Below are positions 30,758-39,901 of a stretch of 64,000 nucleotides of DNA, one piece after another. Each line of letters starts with the position of its first letter. Positions within the stretch are counted from its first letter, which is position 1. The position numbers and the translations under genes were made by a program. The stretch comes from Promethearchaeota archaeon (GTDB lineage: Archaea > Asgardarchaeota > Lokiarchaeia > Sigyniarchaeales > SOKP01). The notes under the pieces were generated by a model, which was not told where the DNA came from, made no database searches, and saw only the letters and a program-made list of their open reading frames with translations. The stretch is from the NCBI GenBank assembly GCA_016839555.1, contig JAEOUA010000010.1, forward strand, positions 32,001 to 96,000. Reading direction: 5' to 3'.

Positions 30758-31088
30758 TCTTTTTTTCTCATTTTTATATAGTTTAGTTTTAAATAATAGA
30801 GCTAATTACATTTCTATTTGAAACTATTTAAAACTTTAGTTCTTAATATCATATGAATTATTGGCAATAAAATTTCTTAATATTTTAATTTATAATTTTT
30901 AATTTATCAATATATAAGCGCCTAGATGACGGAAAGTCATCTTAGATTTAAATATTAGGAATTTCCATAAACTTTTGAAACATTCCAGTAAAAATGTTCT
31001 TCTATTTTCTTATTTGAGAGTTTTAATGCATTTTTCGTAAATATTTTTTCTTTTCTATACTCCCTTTAATAGCTCTATGTGGATATTT

Positions 31089-32117
31089 TTAATGAGCTCG
31101 AAGCGTGTTAATAAATTCTCTGAAATCTCTTTCTTTAAAAGTTGATAAATCTTTGATTTTATTGATTTGATTAGAAATTATTTCTGAAAACTTATTTCGA
31201 TCGATTAAATCCACATCTATTTCTTTTGCAATAAAACATATTAATATGTAATTTTTTCCTTTCATTCGTGAATCTTCAACCGAAGAATCATCAATCAATG
31301 AGCTGTAAATAAAAGCAACCTCTCCCTGGATGCCCCCAAAAGGTAAAGGTCCAAATAAACCGGTTCGATAATAAATTCCTTGTCCTATCGCAGTATAAAA
31401 ATAGATTCCACTCTTTAATAGAAGATTATAATCGACGGGATATTCAGAAAAGAGATGTTGTGGTCCTTGAGAGCTCATTTTATAAAAGATTATATTATTT
31501 ACGATTCCTATATGGCTTCGCAAAGTTAAAGTAAAAATATAATAAGATATAATAAAGCTAAGTAAAGAAATAAAAAGTGCTTCTAAAATTACATCATATA
31601 AGCCATATGGAATATCATCTCCAAAAAAGATATAAATCAATACATTGGAATGAAGTAAAAGACTAATAACACTTATTATATTATAGATTAATACTTGAAT
31701 TTGTTTAATTGAAATTAAAATTATAAATAAATTTCCAAAAAGTAAAAAAGACAAGGTCTTATACATATGTAGGGCGGATAAAGGATTTGCATTAAATAAT
31801 TCGACTATAACGAAATGGATTATGATCGTTAACATTATACCGCCTGAAAAATTTCCTGCTAAAATAGGCTTTCTAATCCTAATAAAAAGAAATGATAGAA
31901 AAATTAATCCAATTACGATAAAATCTCTTAAAAAATTCAAAATATCAAAACTCCTGAAATATTCTGGTAATCCATCTAGTAAAAATATAAATACCCACCC
32001 AGCAAGATATACAAGATTAATAAAAAGGAGATTTCTCATCTTTATCTTAATATCTGAGGGATATTCGTTATATACAGACAAAAAATAATTTTTCAACTTA
32101 TTATAAAATTTGAACAT
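31089..32117 (-). CDS. Polytopic membrane protein with C-terminal longin/uDENN-like domain
   Basis: About 6 TM helices, then IFYKMSSQGP..TAIGQG..LFGPLPF..FIYS..D.R..ILICF, resembling the N-terminus of 49144..50553. Confidence 0.65.
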   Translation of the reverse strand: MFKFYNKLKNYFLSVYNEYPSDIKIKMRNLLFINLVYLAGWVFIFLLDGLPEYFRSFDILNFLRDFIVIGLIFLSFLFIRIRKPILAGNFSGGIMLTIIIHFVIVELFNANPLSALHMYKTLSFLLFGNLFIILISIKQIQVLIYNIISVISLLLHSNVLIYIFFGDDIPYGLYDVILEALFISLLSFIISYYIFTLTLRSHIGIVNNIIFYKMSSQGPQHLFSEYPVDYNLLLKSGIYFYTAIGQGIYYRTGLFGPLPFGGIQGEVAFIYSSLIDDSSVEDSRMKGKNYILICFIAKEIDVDLIDRNKFSEIISNQINKIKDLSTFKERDFREFINTLRAH

Positions 32118-32258
32118 AGGAGAATAATTACATATTTAGTTTTATAAATTTTCATTTTTGAATAATTATCACTTTTAAATTTAAGCTAAAAATTCATTAT
32201 TAAAAGCATCTATAGATAGATATAATTAAATGGTTTAATTCTCATAATTAGAAATCAT

Positions 32259-33197
32259 ATGAAATATTTATATGGTCCCGTTCCGAGTCGAAGATTGGGG
32301 CAGAGTTTGGGTGTAGATCCCATTCCAAGTAAGACATGTAATTATCAGTGCATCTATTGTCAACTCGGAAGAACCAGTAATTTTACAAATCTGAGAAAAA
32401 ATTATTATCCAAAAGAAGAAATATTTAATGAATTAAAAACAGTATTAACCGAAAAAAAGCCATATTTTGATTATCTTACTTTTGTGGGCAGTGGTGAGCC
32501 CACTTTATATAAAGATTTGGGAGATCTCATTTCTTATGCAAAAGAATATACAGAAAAACCGATATGTGTAATCACAAACGGTTCCTTACTTTATAAAAGT
32601 GAGGTCAGAGATGATTTATATGATGTTGAAGTTGTGTTACCTACTTTAGATGCGGGAGATGAAAAAACTTTTCGGTTGATTAATAGACCTCATCCTGAGA
32701 TTAAATTTAAAGATCTAATAGAGGGATTTATTGAATTTAGAAACCACTATGATGGTCAATTTTGGGTTGAAGTTATGTTGGTTAAGAATGTAAATGATTC
32801 AAAAGAAGAATTGCTTAAAATAAAAGATAAAATGGACTTAATAGAGCCCGATAGAATAGATATTAACGTCCCCATTCGCCCACCCGCAGAAAGTTGGGTT
32901 GAAATTCCAAATAAATCCGTTATAAGTAGATTAAATGAGGTTTTCATTGATTATAATAATATTAATTTTCCAGAGATGGGGCATTTTAAATTTTATTCAT
33001 CTGATTTTGAAAAGGAACTCTTATCCATTATAGAACGGCATCCTATGAGAGAGGACCAAATTTTAGAAAGCTTTTCATCTCCAAATCTTAGTAAGCAAGA
33101 GATTCAAGAAAAACTTTCCTTGCTGGAAAAGCAAAACAAAATAACGGGAATGAATTATCATAATAATAAGTTTTGGAAACTAAAAATTATTAAATGA
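32259..33197 (+). CDS. Radical SAM protein (COG0731-like)
   Basis: YGPVPSRRLG.SLGVD, CNYQCIYC, GSGEPTL, ITNGS, RPPAE. Confidence 0.9.
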   Translation: MKYLYGPVPSRRLGQSLGVDPIPSKTCNYQCIYCQLGRTSNFTNLRKNYYPKEEIFNELKTVLTEKKPYFDYLTFVGSGEPTLYKDLGDLISYAKEYTEKPICVITNGSLLYKSEVRDDLYDVEVVLPTLDAGDEKTFRLINRPHPEIKFKDLIEGFIEFRNHYDGQFWVEVMLVKNVNDSKEELLKIKDKMDLIEPDRIDINVPIRPPAESWVEIPNKSVISRLNEVFIDYNNINFPEMGHFKFYSSDFEKELLSIIERHPMREDQILESFSSPNLSKQEIQEKLSLLEKQNKITGMNYHNNKFWKLKIIK

Positions 33198-33296
33198 ACT
33201 AAAATATCTTTGAAAGTGATAAGTATTAAATGATTATACATATAATCTTTAATATAATAAGTATAAGTTTGAATAATACACTACAAAGGATTTATT

Positions 33297-33716
33297 GTGA
33301 AAACTAACAGCTTAAATTCTAATATACCTCTTATAAAAGGTATTGTGATATGTAAAGATTCTGGAGAATACGTATTTGACTTAATGATTGACTCAGATTT
33401 AAATCCATTGTTACTGTCCTCATATGTTGGCGCTTTATCTTTGTTTGGACATGATAACGTGGGAAAAATTGATGAAATCATTATCAAAAGCAATAATATT
33501 GAAATGCTTATCATTAACAATTATAAATTAGTGTTTATCACGATATTAGATAAAACTTTTGCTATTAACCATGATTTTAAAAATGAAGCAGAGAGTTTAT
33601 TAAAAACTTTTTATGAAACTTATAAAGAGGACATCAATTCCGTGGAAGTAGGAAAATTCGAACCTTTTAAAAAATTATTAAAAAACAAATTAAAAGAATT
33701 TTTGGAAACAAACTGA
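33297..33716 (+). CDS. Longin/roadblock-like small protein
   Basis: Beta-beta (VICKDSG), helix (PLLLSSYVGAL..F), three strands, helices ending F..F; typical Asgard longin-like pattern. Confidence 0.6.
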   Translation: MKTNSLNSNIPLIKGIVICKDSGEYVFDLMIDSDLNPLLLSSYVGALSLFGHDNVGKIDEIIIKSNNIEMLIINNYKLVFITILDKTFAINHDFKNEAESLLKTFYETYKEDINSVEVGKFEPFKKLLKNKLKEFLETN

Positions 33717-33822
33717 TGTTTAATTAAATAGATATTCCCTCTACTAAACTCTTTTTCGTTTTTGATTTAATATAATAGACTTTATAATAAAATTGTCAAT
33801 AACAAATAAGTAATTTATTTTA

Positions 33823-34722
33823 CTAAAATTCAGGGGTTCTTTTCTTAAAAATTAAACTTCCCTGATCTACCCCAAATATTCGCTCCATTAATGAACATTT
33901 TGCTTTTAAGAGATAAAAAATATTTTTATTTTGGATCTTTGATTGAATAGATGTGTTTCCCGTAAGAGTTTCAAAATTTCCTTGTCCTTTTGATAAAATT
34001 AAACAGTCTTCTTCAAAAAAATAATGCTTAAATTCCTCGGTAACATCCGAAAAATCAATTCCTGGGGCACCACTGGACTCTATTACTTTCACTAACTTTG
34101 TTAATGATATATCTTTAGCATCTTCTATGGTAGCATCATTAATAATTGGAGCAGAGCGAACGGCACAAATTATCTCTAATTCAGGATATTCCGATAACAA
34201 CATCTCTATTAAAATTTTATCAAATACAATCTCTCCGGTGTTATCTAATATAATCAATAACCGCTTTTCTTTCTCTAACAATTTTTTAAATATAGGATAA
34301 TCATTAATCACTAAATCTTTTGGAGAAAATCTTTTTAAGTCATTTATAATGTCGATTTTATGCTGACTCGCAAAATCAATAGTATTTGCCAACGCTGATA
34401 CAATTATTGCCTCAAATACAGGATCTTGACCACTTTTTACAAAATTTTTCACTTCATCGTAATATTTTAATGCAAGTTGATTATAATGATGCTTCAGCTT
34501 TTTATATGGATCCTTAACCTTCATCATCTCGCCAACTAAATTGTATAAATATTTTCCCACTATCGGCGAGGAAATCTTCTCTACATCGTTGTCAAGTAGA
34601 AATTTCATAAGCTCTTTTTGTGCTTTCAAAATTACGGAAGGTTCAATGTCTGGCTTTAGCAATGTAAACGCTTGAACCATTTGATTAAAAAGACAACCTA
34701 TGCATTCCGGATGAAGCTTCAT
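33823..34722 (-). CDS. DUF89 / ARMT1-like damage-control phosphatase
   Basis: CIGC, DPY..K, N.IDF, DNTGEIVFD, PIINDAT, SKGQGNFETL, LKAKC. Confidence 0.92.
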   Translation of the reverse strand: MKLHPECIGCLFNQMVQAFTLLKPDIEPSVILKAQKELMKFLLDNDVEKISSPIVGKYLYNLVGEMMKVKDPYKKLKHHYNQLALKYYDEVKNFVKSGQDPVFEAIIVSALANTIDFASQHKIDIINDLKRFSPKDLVINDYPIFKKLLEKEKRLLIILDNTGEIVFDKILIEMLLSEYPELEIICAVRSAPIINDATIEDAKDISLTKLVKVIESSGAPGIDFSDVTEEFKHYFFEEDCLILSKGQGNFETLTGNTSIQSKIQNKNIFYLLKAKCSLMERIFGVDQGSLIFKKRTPEF

Positions 34723-34835
34723 TGCAGATGATAACTCTTTTAGATAGAAAAAGGCGTAAAAGTATTAAATTCTTGGATTTTGTGGATAATTTCTTATTAA
34801 ATAAAAAAAAATAAAAAAAAAAATAGAAGAGAGAT

Positions 34836-36251
34836 TTATACTTTCTGCATTGCTTTTTGCTTGGCCAGTTTTTCTTCTTCTGTCAACTCCACTTCTCCAC
34901 GCTTTACAAAGAACATAAATATCAGCGCTAACACAAAGAATACGGAAACCATCAGGAAAAACGTAATTTGCCCAAATAAATCTGTGAGGGCTCCAATTAT
35001 ATATGGCCCCAGAATTGCTGCTAACACACTGAAAAAGTAATAAGCTCCGGTGTACGTCCCTATCTTTTCTGCAGATGGCGCCAATTCCCATACAATGACT
35101 ATCGAATTCACATTTATACATGCCCAACCCATGCCGAATATGATCAAGATAATTATAAGAAGGATTAAGTTGGCTTGAATTATAAAACCAATTACCGTAA
35201 CGACAATTATTATTATTAAGCCGATCTTAATGGTTAATCGTCGACCTATTTTTCCAGCAATGATACCCGCGGGTAAGGCAAATATTATAAATGGTATGGC
35301 AACGAAATTAAATAAAAATCCTGCGGTACCTCTTGTCCCTACTATGGCAAGCCCTTCTGGGCCGGCATAAATAGAGAATAATGCTTCTGCGCCGTTGTAG
35401 CCCACGAACCAGCCAAATATCGCTAATAAAATAAACAAAGTGCTCTTATCCTCTTCTTTGAGAATATATTTAAGGCTTTTAAAGATTCCTGGCTTTTCTA
35501 TTCTTGGTTGAATCTCAGATATACCTTCTTTTCCCCCTTGCTCCATTTCTAGAATTAATTGATAGCTATATGCGTCTTTTTCTTTAACCTTTAGAAGGAG
35601 AATAATTAATGCCACGATCATAACAATAGAACCTATGATGAATGTGATTTCAAATCCAATATAATCCGAAGCAAGACTAAGTGTAAATGCCGCTATCGAA
35701 CCTACTCCTCCCATTAAATTAATAATGGCATTAGCTTTGCTACGATTATGAGGGCGGATGAAATCGGGCATTAAAGCAACGGCTTGAGAACGATAGAATC
35801 CCATGCTTATTGAAAAGAGTGCCATCCATAGAATCAAGAGCCAAAATCCTATTCCTAGACCACCAGAATCAGAGAAAGTTTTTGGTATTTTAATTACAAA
35901 TCCCAAAATGTCCAATTCCGTATATTTCGGCGTCCCAAATCCCGTGGGAATCAAAGCAAAAAAGATGGCGGCTGCAATAGTCCCAACGATTATGTATGGT
36001 ATTCGGCGTCCTAAACGGGTACGTGTTGAATCTGAAACGCCGCCCATGATGGGTTGGATAACCACTCCAACCATATTATCCATAGCCATTAAAAGACCAA
36101 CGATACCATATGTACCAAGATATAGAAAAAGCGCTTGATTGACTTGCGTGTTGTAAAGCGACCAGGATATACCAGTCGTAAAAAACGCAAACCCAATAAA
36201 GAAAGTCAGTTTGTAATCTAATTTTCCTTTAGACTGATTTTGTTCAGACAT
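34836..36251 (-). CDS. MFS transporter (maltose/SLC45-like)
   Basis: MAMDN, SDSTRTRLGRRIPY, ALMPD, RSKANAIINLMGG, GTYTG.YY. Confidence 0.9.
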   Translation of the reverse strand: MSEQNQSKGKLDYKLTFFIGFAFFTTGISWSLYNTQVNQALFLYLGTYGIVGLLMAMDNMVGVVIQPIMGGVSDSTRTRLGRRIPYIIVGTIAAAIFFALIPTGFGTPKYTELDILGFVIKIPKTFSDSGGLGIGFWLLILWMALFSISMGFYRSQAVALMPDFIRPHNRSKANAIINLMGGVGSIAAFTLSLASDYIGFEITFIIGSIVMIVALIILLLKVKEKDAYSYQLILEMEQGGKEGISEIQPRIEKPGIFKSLKYILKEEDKSTLFILLAIFGWFVGYNGAEALFSIYAGPEGLAIVGTRGTAGFLFNFVAIPFIIFALPAGIIAGKIGRRLTIKIGLIIIIVVTVIGFIIQANLILLIIILIIFGMGWACINVNSIVIVWELAPSAEKIGTYTGAYYFFSVLAAILGPYIIGALTDLFGQITFFLMVSVFFVLALIFMFFVKRGEVELTEEEKLAKQKAMQKV

Positions 36252-36451
36252 GATTACACCACTTTGATTAATTAATTTTTAAAAAATATTACTAGATTTA
36301 AATAGATTTTGTTCTATAAAAATCCTTAGATAATAGGGTTAATAATAAAATTCAATAAGAAATAAGACAAAATCTACGAAAATAGAATCAATTTAATGAG
36401 TAGAATATTTCAAAATATTATCAAACAAATAATAAGGAAAAGGAAAAAAAG

Positions 36452-36604
36452 TTAAGGTGTGATACTAATATTAATAGTGTTTATATCTTCTGGAATTCCT
36501 TTAATTGATTTCAAGAAGCCCATAGTGATATTTTTAAGCATGGCTTGCATAATCTCGTTCAAAGGAATCTCTTTTTCATTTACTTCTAATTTAATTTCTG
36601 CCAT
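36452..36604 (-). CDS. 50-aa protein resembling the stand-alone C-terminal domain of MobB-type proteins; not in ORF track
   Basis: MAEIKLEVNEKEIPLNEIMQAMLKNITMGFLKSIKGIPEDINTINISITP*; AAGGT upstream of ATG. Confidence 0.7.
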   Translation of the reverse strand: MAEIKLEVNEKEIPLNEIMQAMLKNITMGFLKSIKGIPEDINTINISITP

Positions 36605-36810
36605 TTTTTATCTATACCTTTGTATTGTTTGATTTGAAGAAAATTCTTTCAGCTTTAAATAAATTTAGGTTTTGATTTATAAAAAGAGAAATGATGATTT
36701 TTAGAATTGAGTTTTAGAGCTTAAATCAAAAATGGAAAGTTATTAAGCATTGAGAGGAGAAATATCGAATATATAACACAGAAAAACTGACCCAAAATAT
36801 TCTAATAGGA

Positions 36811-37209
36811 TTAATTAAGATCTTCATTAAGATTATAGAGTGCTTCTGAGACCTTTTTATTAAGGTGATGTTCAATTTTGCAGCAAATTTCTTCAATAGA
36901 AACATCTTCTTCACTCAAATTTAATACATTCAGAAAAAAATCTTTTAAGACTTCATATCTTTTTACGATTTTTTTTCCAATTTGTTTTCCTTTCTGGGTT
37001 AATCGCATGGACTTACGAGGCTTCCAATCAATAAGATCTAATTCAGCAAGTTTATATAACATATTGGTAACTGATGAGGGCTTCACATTTAATAAATCTG
37101 CAATTTCTGAATTAGAGACCCATCCTCCATGGTTTCGTTTTGAAATTAAATAGATTGCTTTTAAATAATTCTCTTGGCTTTCCGGTAGTTTTTCTGATAT
37201 TTCTTCCAT
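36811..37209 (-). CDS. DtxR/MntR-family metal-dependent transcriptional regulator
   Basis: SQENYLKAIY, IA..L.VKPSSVTNML.KL, LT.KG, CKIEH. Confidence 0.92.
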   Translation of the reverse strand: MEEISEKLPESQENYLKAIYLISKRNHGGWVSNSEIADLLNVKPSSVTNMLYKLAELDLIDWKPRKSMRLTQKGKQIGKKIVKRYEVLKDFFLNVLNLSEEDVSIEEICCKIEHHLNKKVSEALYNLNEDLN

Positions 37210-37257
37210 TTTATCTTGTTAGTTTTTAATTTTTTCAAAAAAAAATAAAAAAAAATA

Positions 37258-37641
37258 TTATTTTTGTTCTAGATCACTAATTCTTTTAGAGATATCTTCT
37301 AGTGCACTTTTAATTCCATTCATGTCGGATTCTAAATAATCTTTTTCTTGTTTGAGCATATTAAGCTGCTGTTCATCACTTAAAGGTGCTGCGGGGGCAA
37401 CAGGATAAGTACCAGGTGCGGCAACAGGAGGGACGTATGCGCGAAAACCCCATCCTCTGCCACGTCCCCATGCCATACCTCTTCCATATCCTCTAAAACC
37501 TCTCCCTCGTCCCCATCCCCAGGCCATACCCATTCCTGGGCCTTTTGTGTATCCGGGGGAGCTATATCCAGCACAATAACCTAATCCTCTACCCGTCATA
37601 GGACCTAGTCCGCCAGGTCCAGTACCATCTCCTCCAGGCAT
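37258..37641 (-). CDS. DUF5320 family Gly/Arg-rich protein
   Basis: MPGGDGTGP.G.GPMTGRG.GYC, GRG repeats, C-terminal coiled coil; GGAGG SD. Confidence 0.9.
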   Translation of the reverse strand: MPGGDGTGPGGLGPMTGRGLGYCAGYSSPGYTKGPGMGMAWGWGRGRGFRGYGRGMAWGRGRGWGFRAYVPPVAAPGTYPVAPAAPLSDEQQLNMLKQEKDYLESDMNGIKSALEDISKRISDLEQK

Positions 37642-37697
37642 TTTAATTTATAACCTCCTTTTATAAATAATTTTGAAATTTTTTTAATTGTCAATAT

Positions 37698-37711
37698 TGA
37701 ATAATTATTCA
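37698..37711. promoter_or_regulatory. Palindromic operator TGAATAATTATTCA upstream of DUF5320-DtxR
   Basis: Minus strand reads CCGAACA-TTTAAAAA-taa-TGAATAATTATTCA; about 56 bp upstream of ATG 37641. Confidence 0.7.
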
Positions 37712-37947
37712 TTATTTTTAAATGTTCGGGTAAAAAAAGGAAAACAAAAAATAATACTTCTTAAAATGTAAATACCAATGAGATTAATTTAAAAATTGAG
37801 GAATTAAAACAAAAGATCGAGAAAAAAATTAAATTAATATAATTTTTATTAACTATCGTGTTTTTTTTTTTTAACATTAATGTTTATTTATAAAAATAGC
37901 TTAATGCATATTATAAAATTTCAATTAATCAATAATGATTAGGAGAA

Positions 37948-38793
37948 GTGATTAAAATGGAAATCGGTGTATTAAAATTAAGAGAAGATGTCAAACAACC
38001 ATATGAAATTATTTCTACTTCTGATGGAAAGACTTTATTTTTAAGAGAATGGTCTCCTTCTAAGTCTTCAAATATAGCGATTCTTATTTTTCACGGAATA
38101 ACTGGCCATAGTGGTCCTTATGAAATGTTTGGAGAACCGGTATCAAAAATGGGGTATGCTGTATATGGATTAGATCTACGGGGTCACGGATTATCAGAAG
38201 GGATAAGAGGAGATTATCCAAGTAAAGAGCGATTAATAGAGGATATTGGTGAAACGATATCATTTTTAAAGAAAAAATATGCTAAATTAATAATATTTGG
38301 ACATAGCTTGGGTGTTTTAACAGCACTTATGGCATGCAACTTCTATTTAGATCAAATTGATGGGCTAATTCTTTTAAGTGCAGCTAGAGAAACCAGACCA
38401 GGGGTATATAAAAAACTAAGTTTTTTTAAAACATTGAAGATTTTGTTTAGTTCTCTTATAAAACCCAAAAAACCTGTTATATCGTATTATCGCGATGGTA
38501 TGACAGGGTTAGATGATCCATTATTTAATTTTAAATATACTTTTCGATTCATGAGAATATTTGATGCGAAAACGCTTTCATTTCCTGAGAAGTTAGATTT
38601 TCCTGTTCTATTAGGGGTTGGAGAAAATGATGAGATTTTTACTGCGGAAGCTGCTCGCTCTTTATTTAATGAAATCCCGAGTGATAATAAAGAATTTATT
38701 GTCTTACCCAGAGCAAAACATGCTGACTTCCCAGAAAATTCATTGAAAGAGCTAATTGATTGGTTAAATACTAATTTTAAATTAAAAAGTTAA
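37948..38793 (+). CDS. Alpha/beta hydrolase (lysophospholipase/Hydrolase_4-like)
   Basis: HG, DLRGHGLS, GHSLG nucleophile, D and H of the triad; likely ATG at 37957. Confidence 0.9.
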   Translation: MIKMEIGVLKLREDVKQPYEIISTSDGKTLFLREWSPSKSSNIAILIFHGITGHSGPYEMFGEPVSKMGYAVYGLDLRGHGLSEGIRGDYPSKERLIEDIGETISFLKKKYAKLIIFGHSLGVLTALMACNFYLDQIDGLILLSAARETRPGVYKKLSFFKTLKILFSSLIKPKKPVISYYRDGMTGLDDPLFNFKYTFRFMRIFDAKTLSFPEKLDFPVLLGVGENDEIFTAEAARSLFNEIPSDNKEFIVLPRAKHADFPENSLKELIDWLNTNFKLKS

Positions 38794-38823
38794 CTTCAAT
38801 TCATATTTGTAGGTTGATGTAAT

Positions 38824-39648
38824 ATCTCTAATCAAATTAAAAATGTAAGTATTATTGGTATAGGAAATTTAGGCAAACAAATTGCTGAATGGTCCGCGCT
38901 TCATAACTATAAGGTTAGTATTTTTGATATTAACCAAGAAGGTATAAAAGAATATATCGATGAGGCACTTAAAAAGATAAGAGAGAAGAATGTGAGTGGA
39001 GAAATTTTAAACCACAATTCAATTAAAGAAGCGGTAAAGAATGCAGACCTTATTATTGAAGCAGTCCCAGAAAAGTTAGAACTTAAAAAAGACGTTTTTT
39101 CTCAAATCGATAAAGCGGCTCCTCCTCATGCCATAGTTGCTACTAATAGTTCTTCAATACCAATTTCAAGAATTGAAAATGCTGTTAAGCGTAAGGATAA
39201 AGTGTTAAATATCCATTTCTATAAATTGCCTGATTTTCCTATGGCAGATATAGCACGTGGAACTAAAACCAGTAATGAGTCTTTCAATACCGGTAAAAAG
39301 TGGCTAGAAAGTATCGATATGACTCCATTAGTATTAAAGAAAGAATGCCTTGGTTTTGTATTTAATAGAGTATGGCGCGCTATTAAAAAGGAAGGTTTGA
39401 AAATATGGGCAGGGGGGTATGCTGATTTAGAAGATGTGGATAAAGCATGGAAAATCTTCACTGGGATGCCTTTAGGACCGTTTGAGCTAATGGACATTGT
39501 TGGCTTAGATGTGGTATATGATATCGAACTTATGTATTATAGAGAAAGTGGAGATCCCAATGATAAACCCCCAAATATGCTTAAAGAGATGGTAGATAAG
39601 AGTTATCTTGGAGTTAAATCCGGGAAAGGATTTTACGAGTATAAATAA
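38824..39648 (+). CDS. 3-hydroxyacyl-CoA dehydrogenase family protein (paralogue of 26230); probable ATC start
   Basis: Frame extends upstream of GTG 38992: ISNQIKNVSIIGIGNLGKQIA (Rossmann motif); in-frame TGA at 38815-38817. Confidence 0.88.
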   Translation: MSNQIKNVSIIGIGNLGKQIAEWSALHNYKVSIFDINQEGIKEYIDEALKKIREKNVSGEILNHNSIKEAVKNADLIIEAVPEKLELKKDVFSQIDKAAPPHAIVATNSSSIPISRIENAVKRKDKVLNIHFYKLPDFPMADIARGTKTSNESFNTGKKWLESIDMTPLVLKKECLGFVFNRVWRAIKKEGLKIWAGGYADLEDVDKAWKIFTGMPLGPFELMDIVGLDVVYDIELMYYRESGDPNDKPPNMLKEMVDKSYLGVKSGKGFYEYK

Positions 39649-39652
39649 GTAA

Positions 39653-39753
39653 ATTGTTAAGGCAGGTATAATAGGAACATTTTATACAAAATTCCTTGGA
39701 AAAATAATAATGAAAAACCGGATATTCTATTTAGAACTGCAATGTGGAGTTAA
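39653..39753 (+). pseudogene. Possible thiolase 5' remnant
   Basis: IVKAGIIGTFYTKF resembles thiolase N-termini (AIIGVGHTKFG at 54616); the continuation is frameshifted and stops early. Confidence 0.3.
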
Positions 39754-39901
39754 TATACAATTTATTTTTTTTTTCTTAAATTCTATTTCAAATGTAATTT
39801 TTATTGCTTATTCTTTTTTAGGATAAATAGTAAAACATAACTTTGGTATTTATGATCTAAAGGAAGAACTTTTAATAATTAAAATAATCCTATTATTATC
39901 A

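Noticed and set aside
30915-30950. SECIS element, hammerhead ribozyme or fluoride riboswitch
   Set aside because: The stem is too short for a SECIS and no upstream in-frame UGA gene was seen. The hammerhead CUGANGA core and the fluoride riboswitch consensus are absent.
37380-37641. GC-rich patches (also 9070-9140) as foreign DNA or RNA genes
   Set aside because: Explained by Gly/Arg/Pro-rich coding sequence of the DUF5320 and NifX tails.
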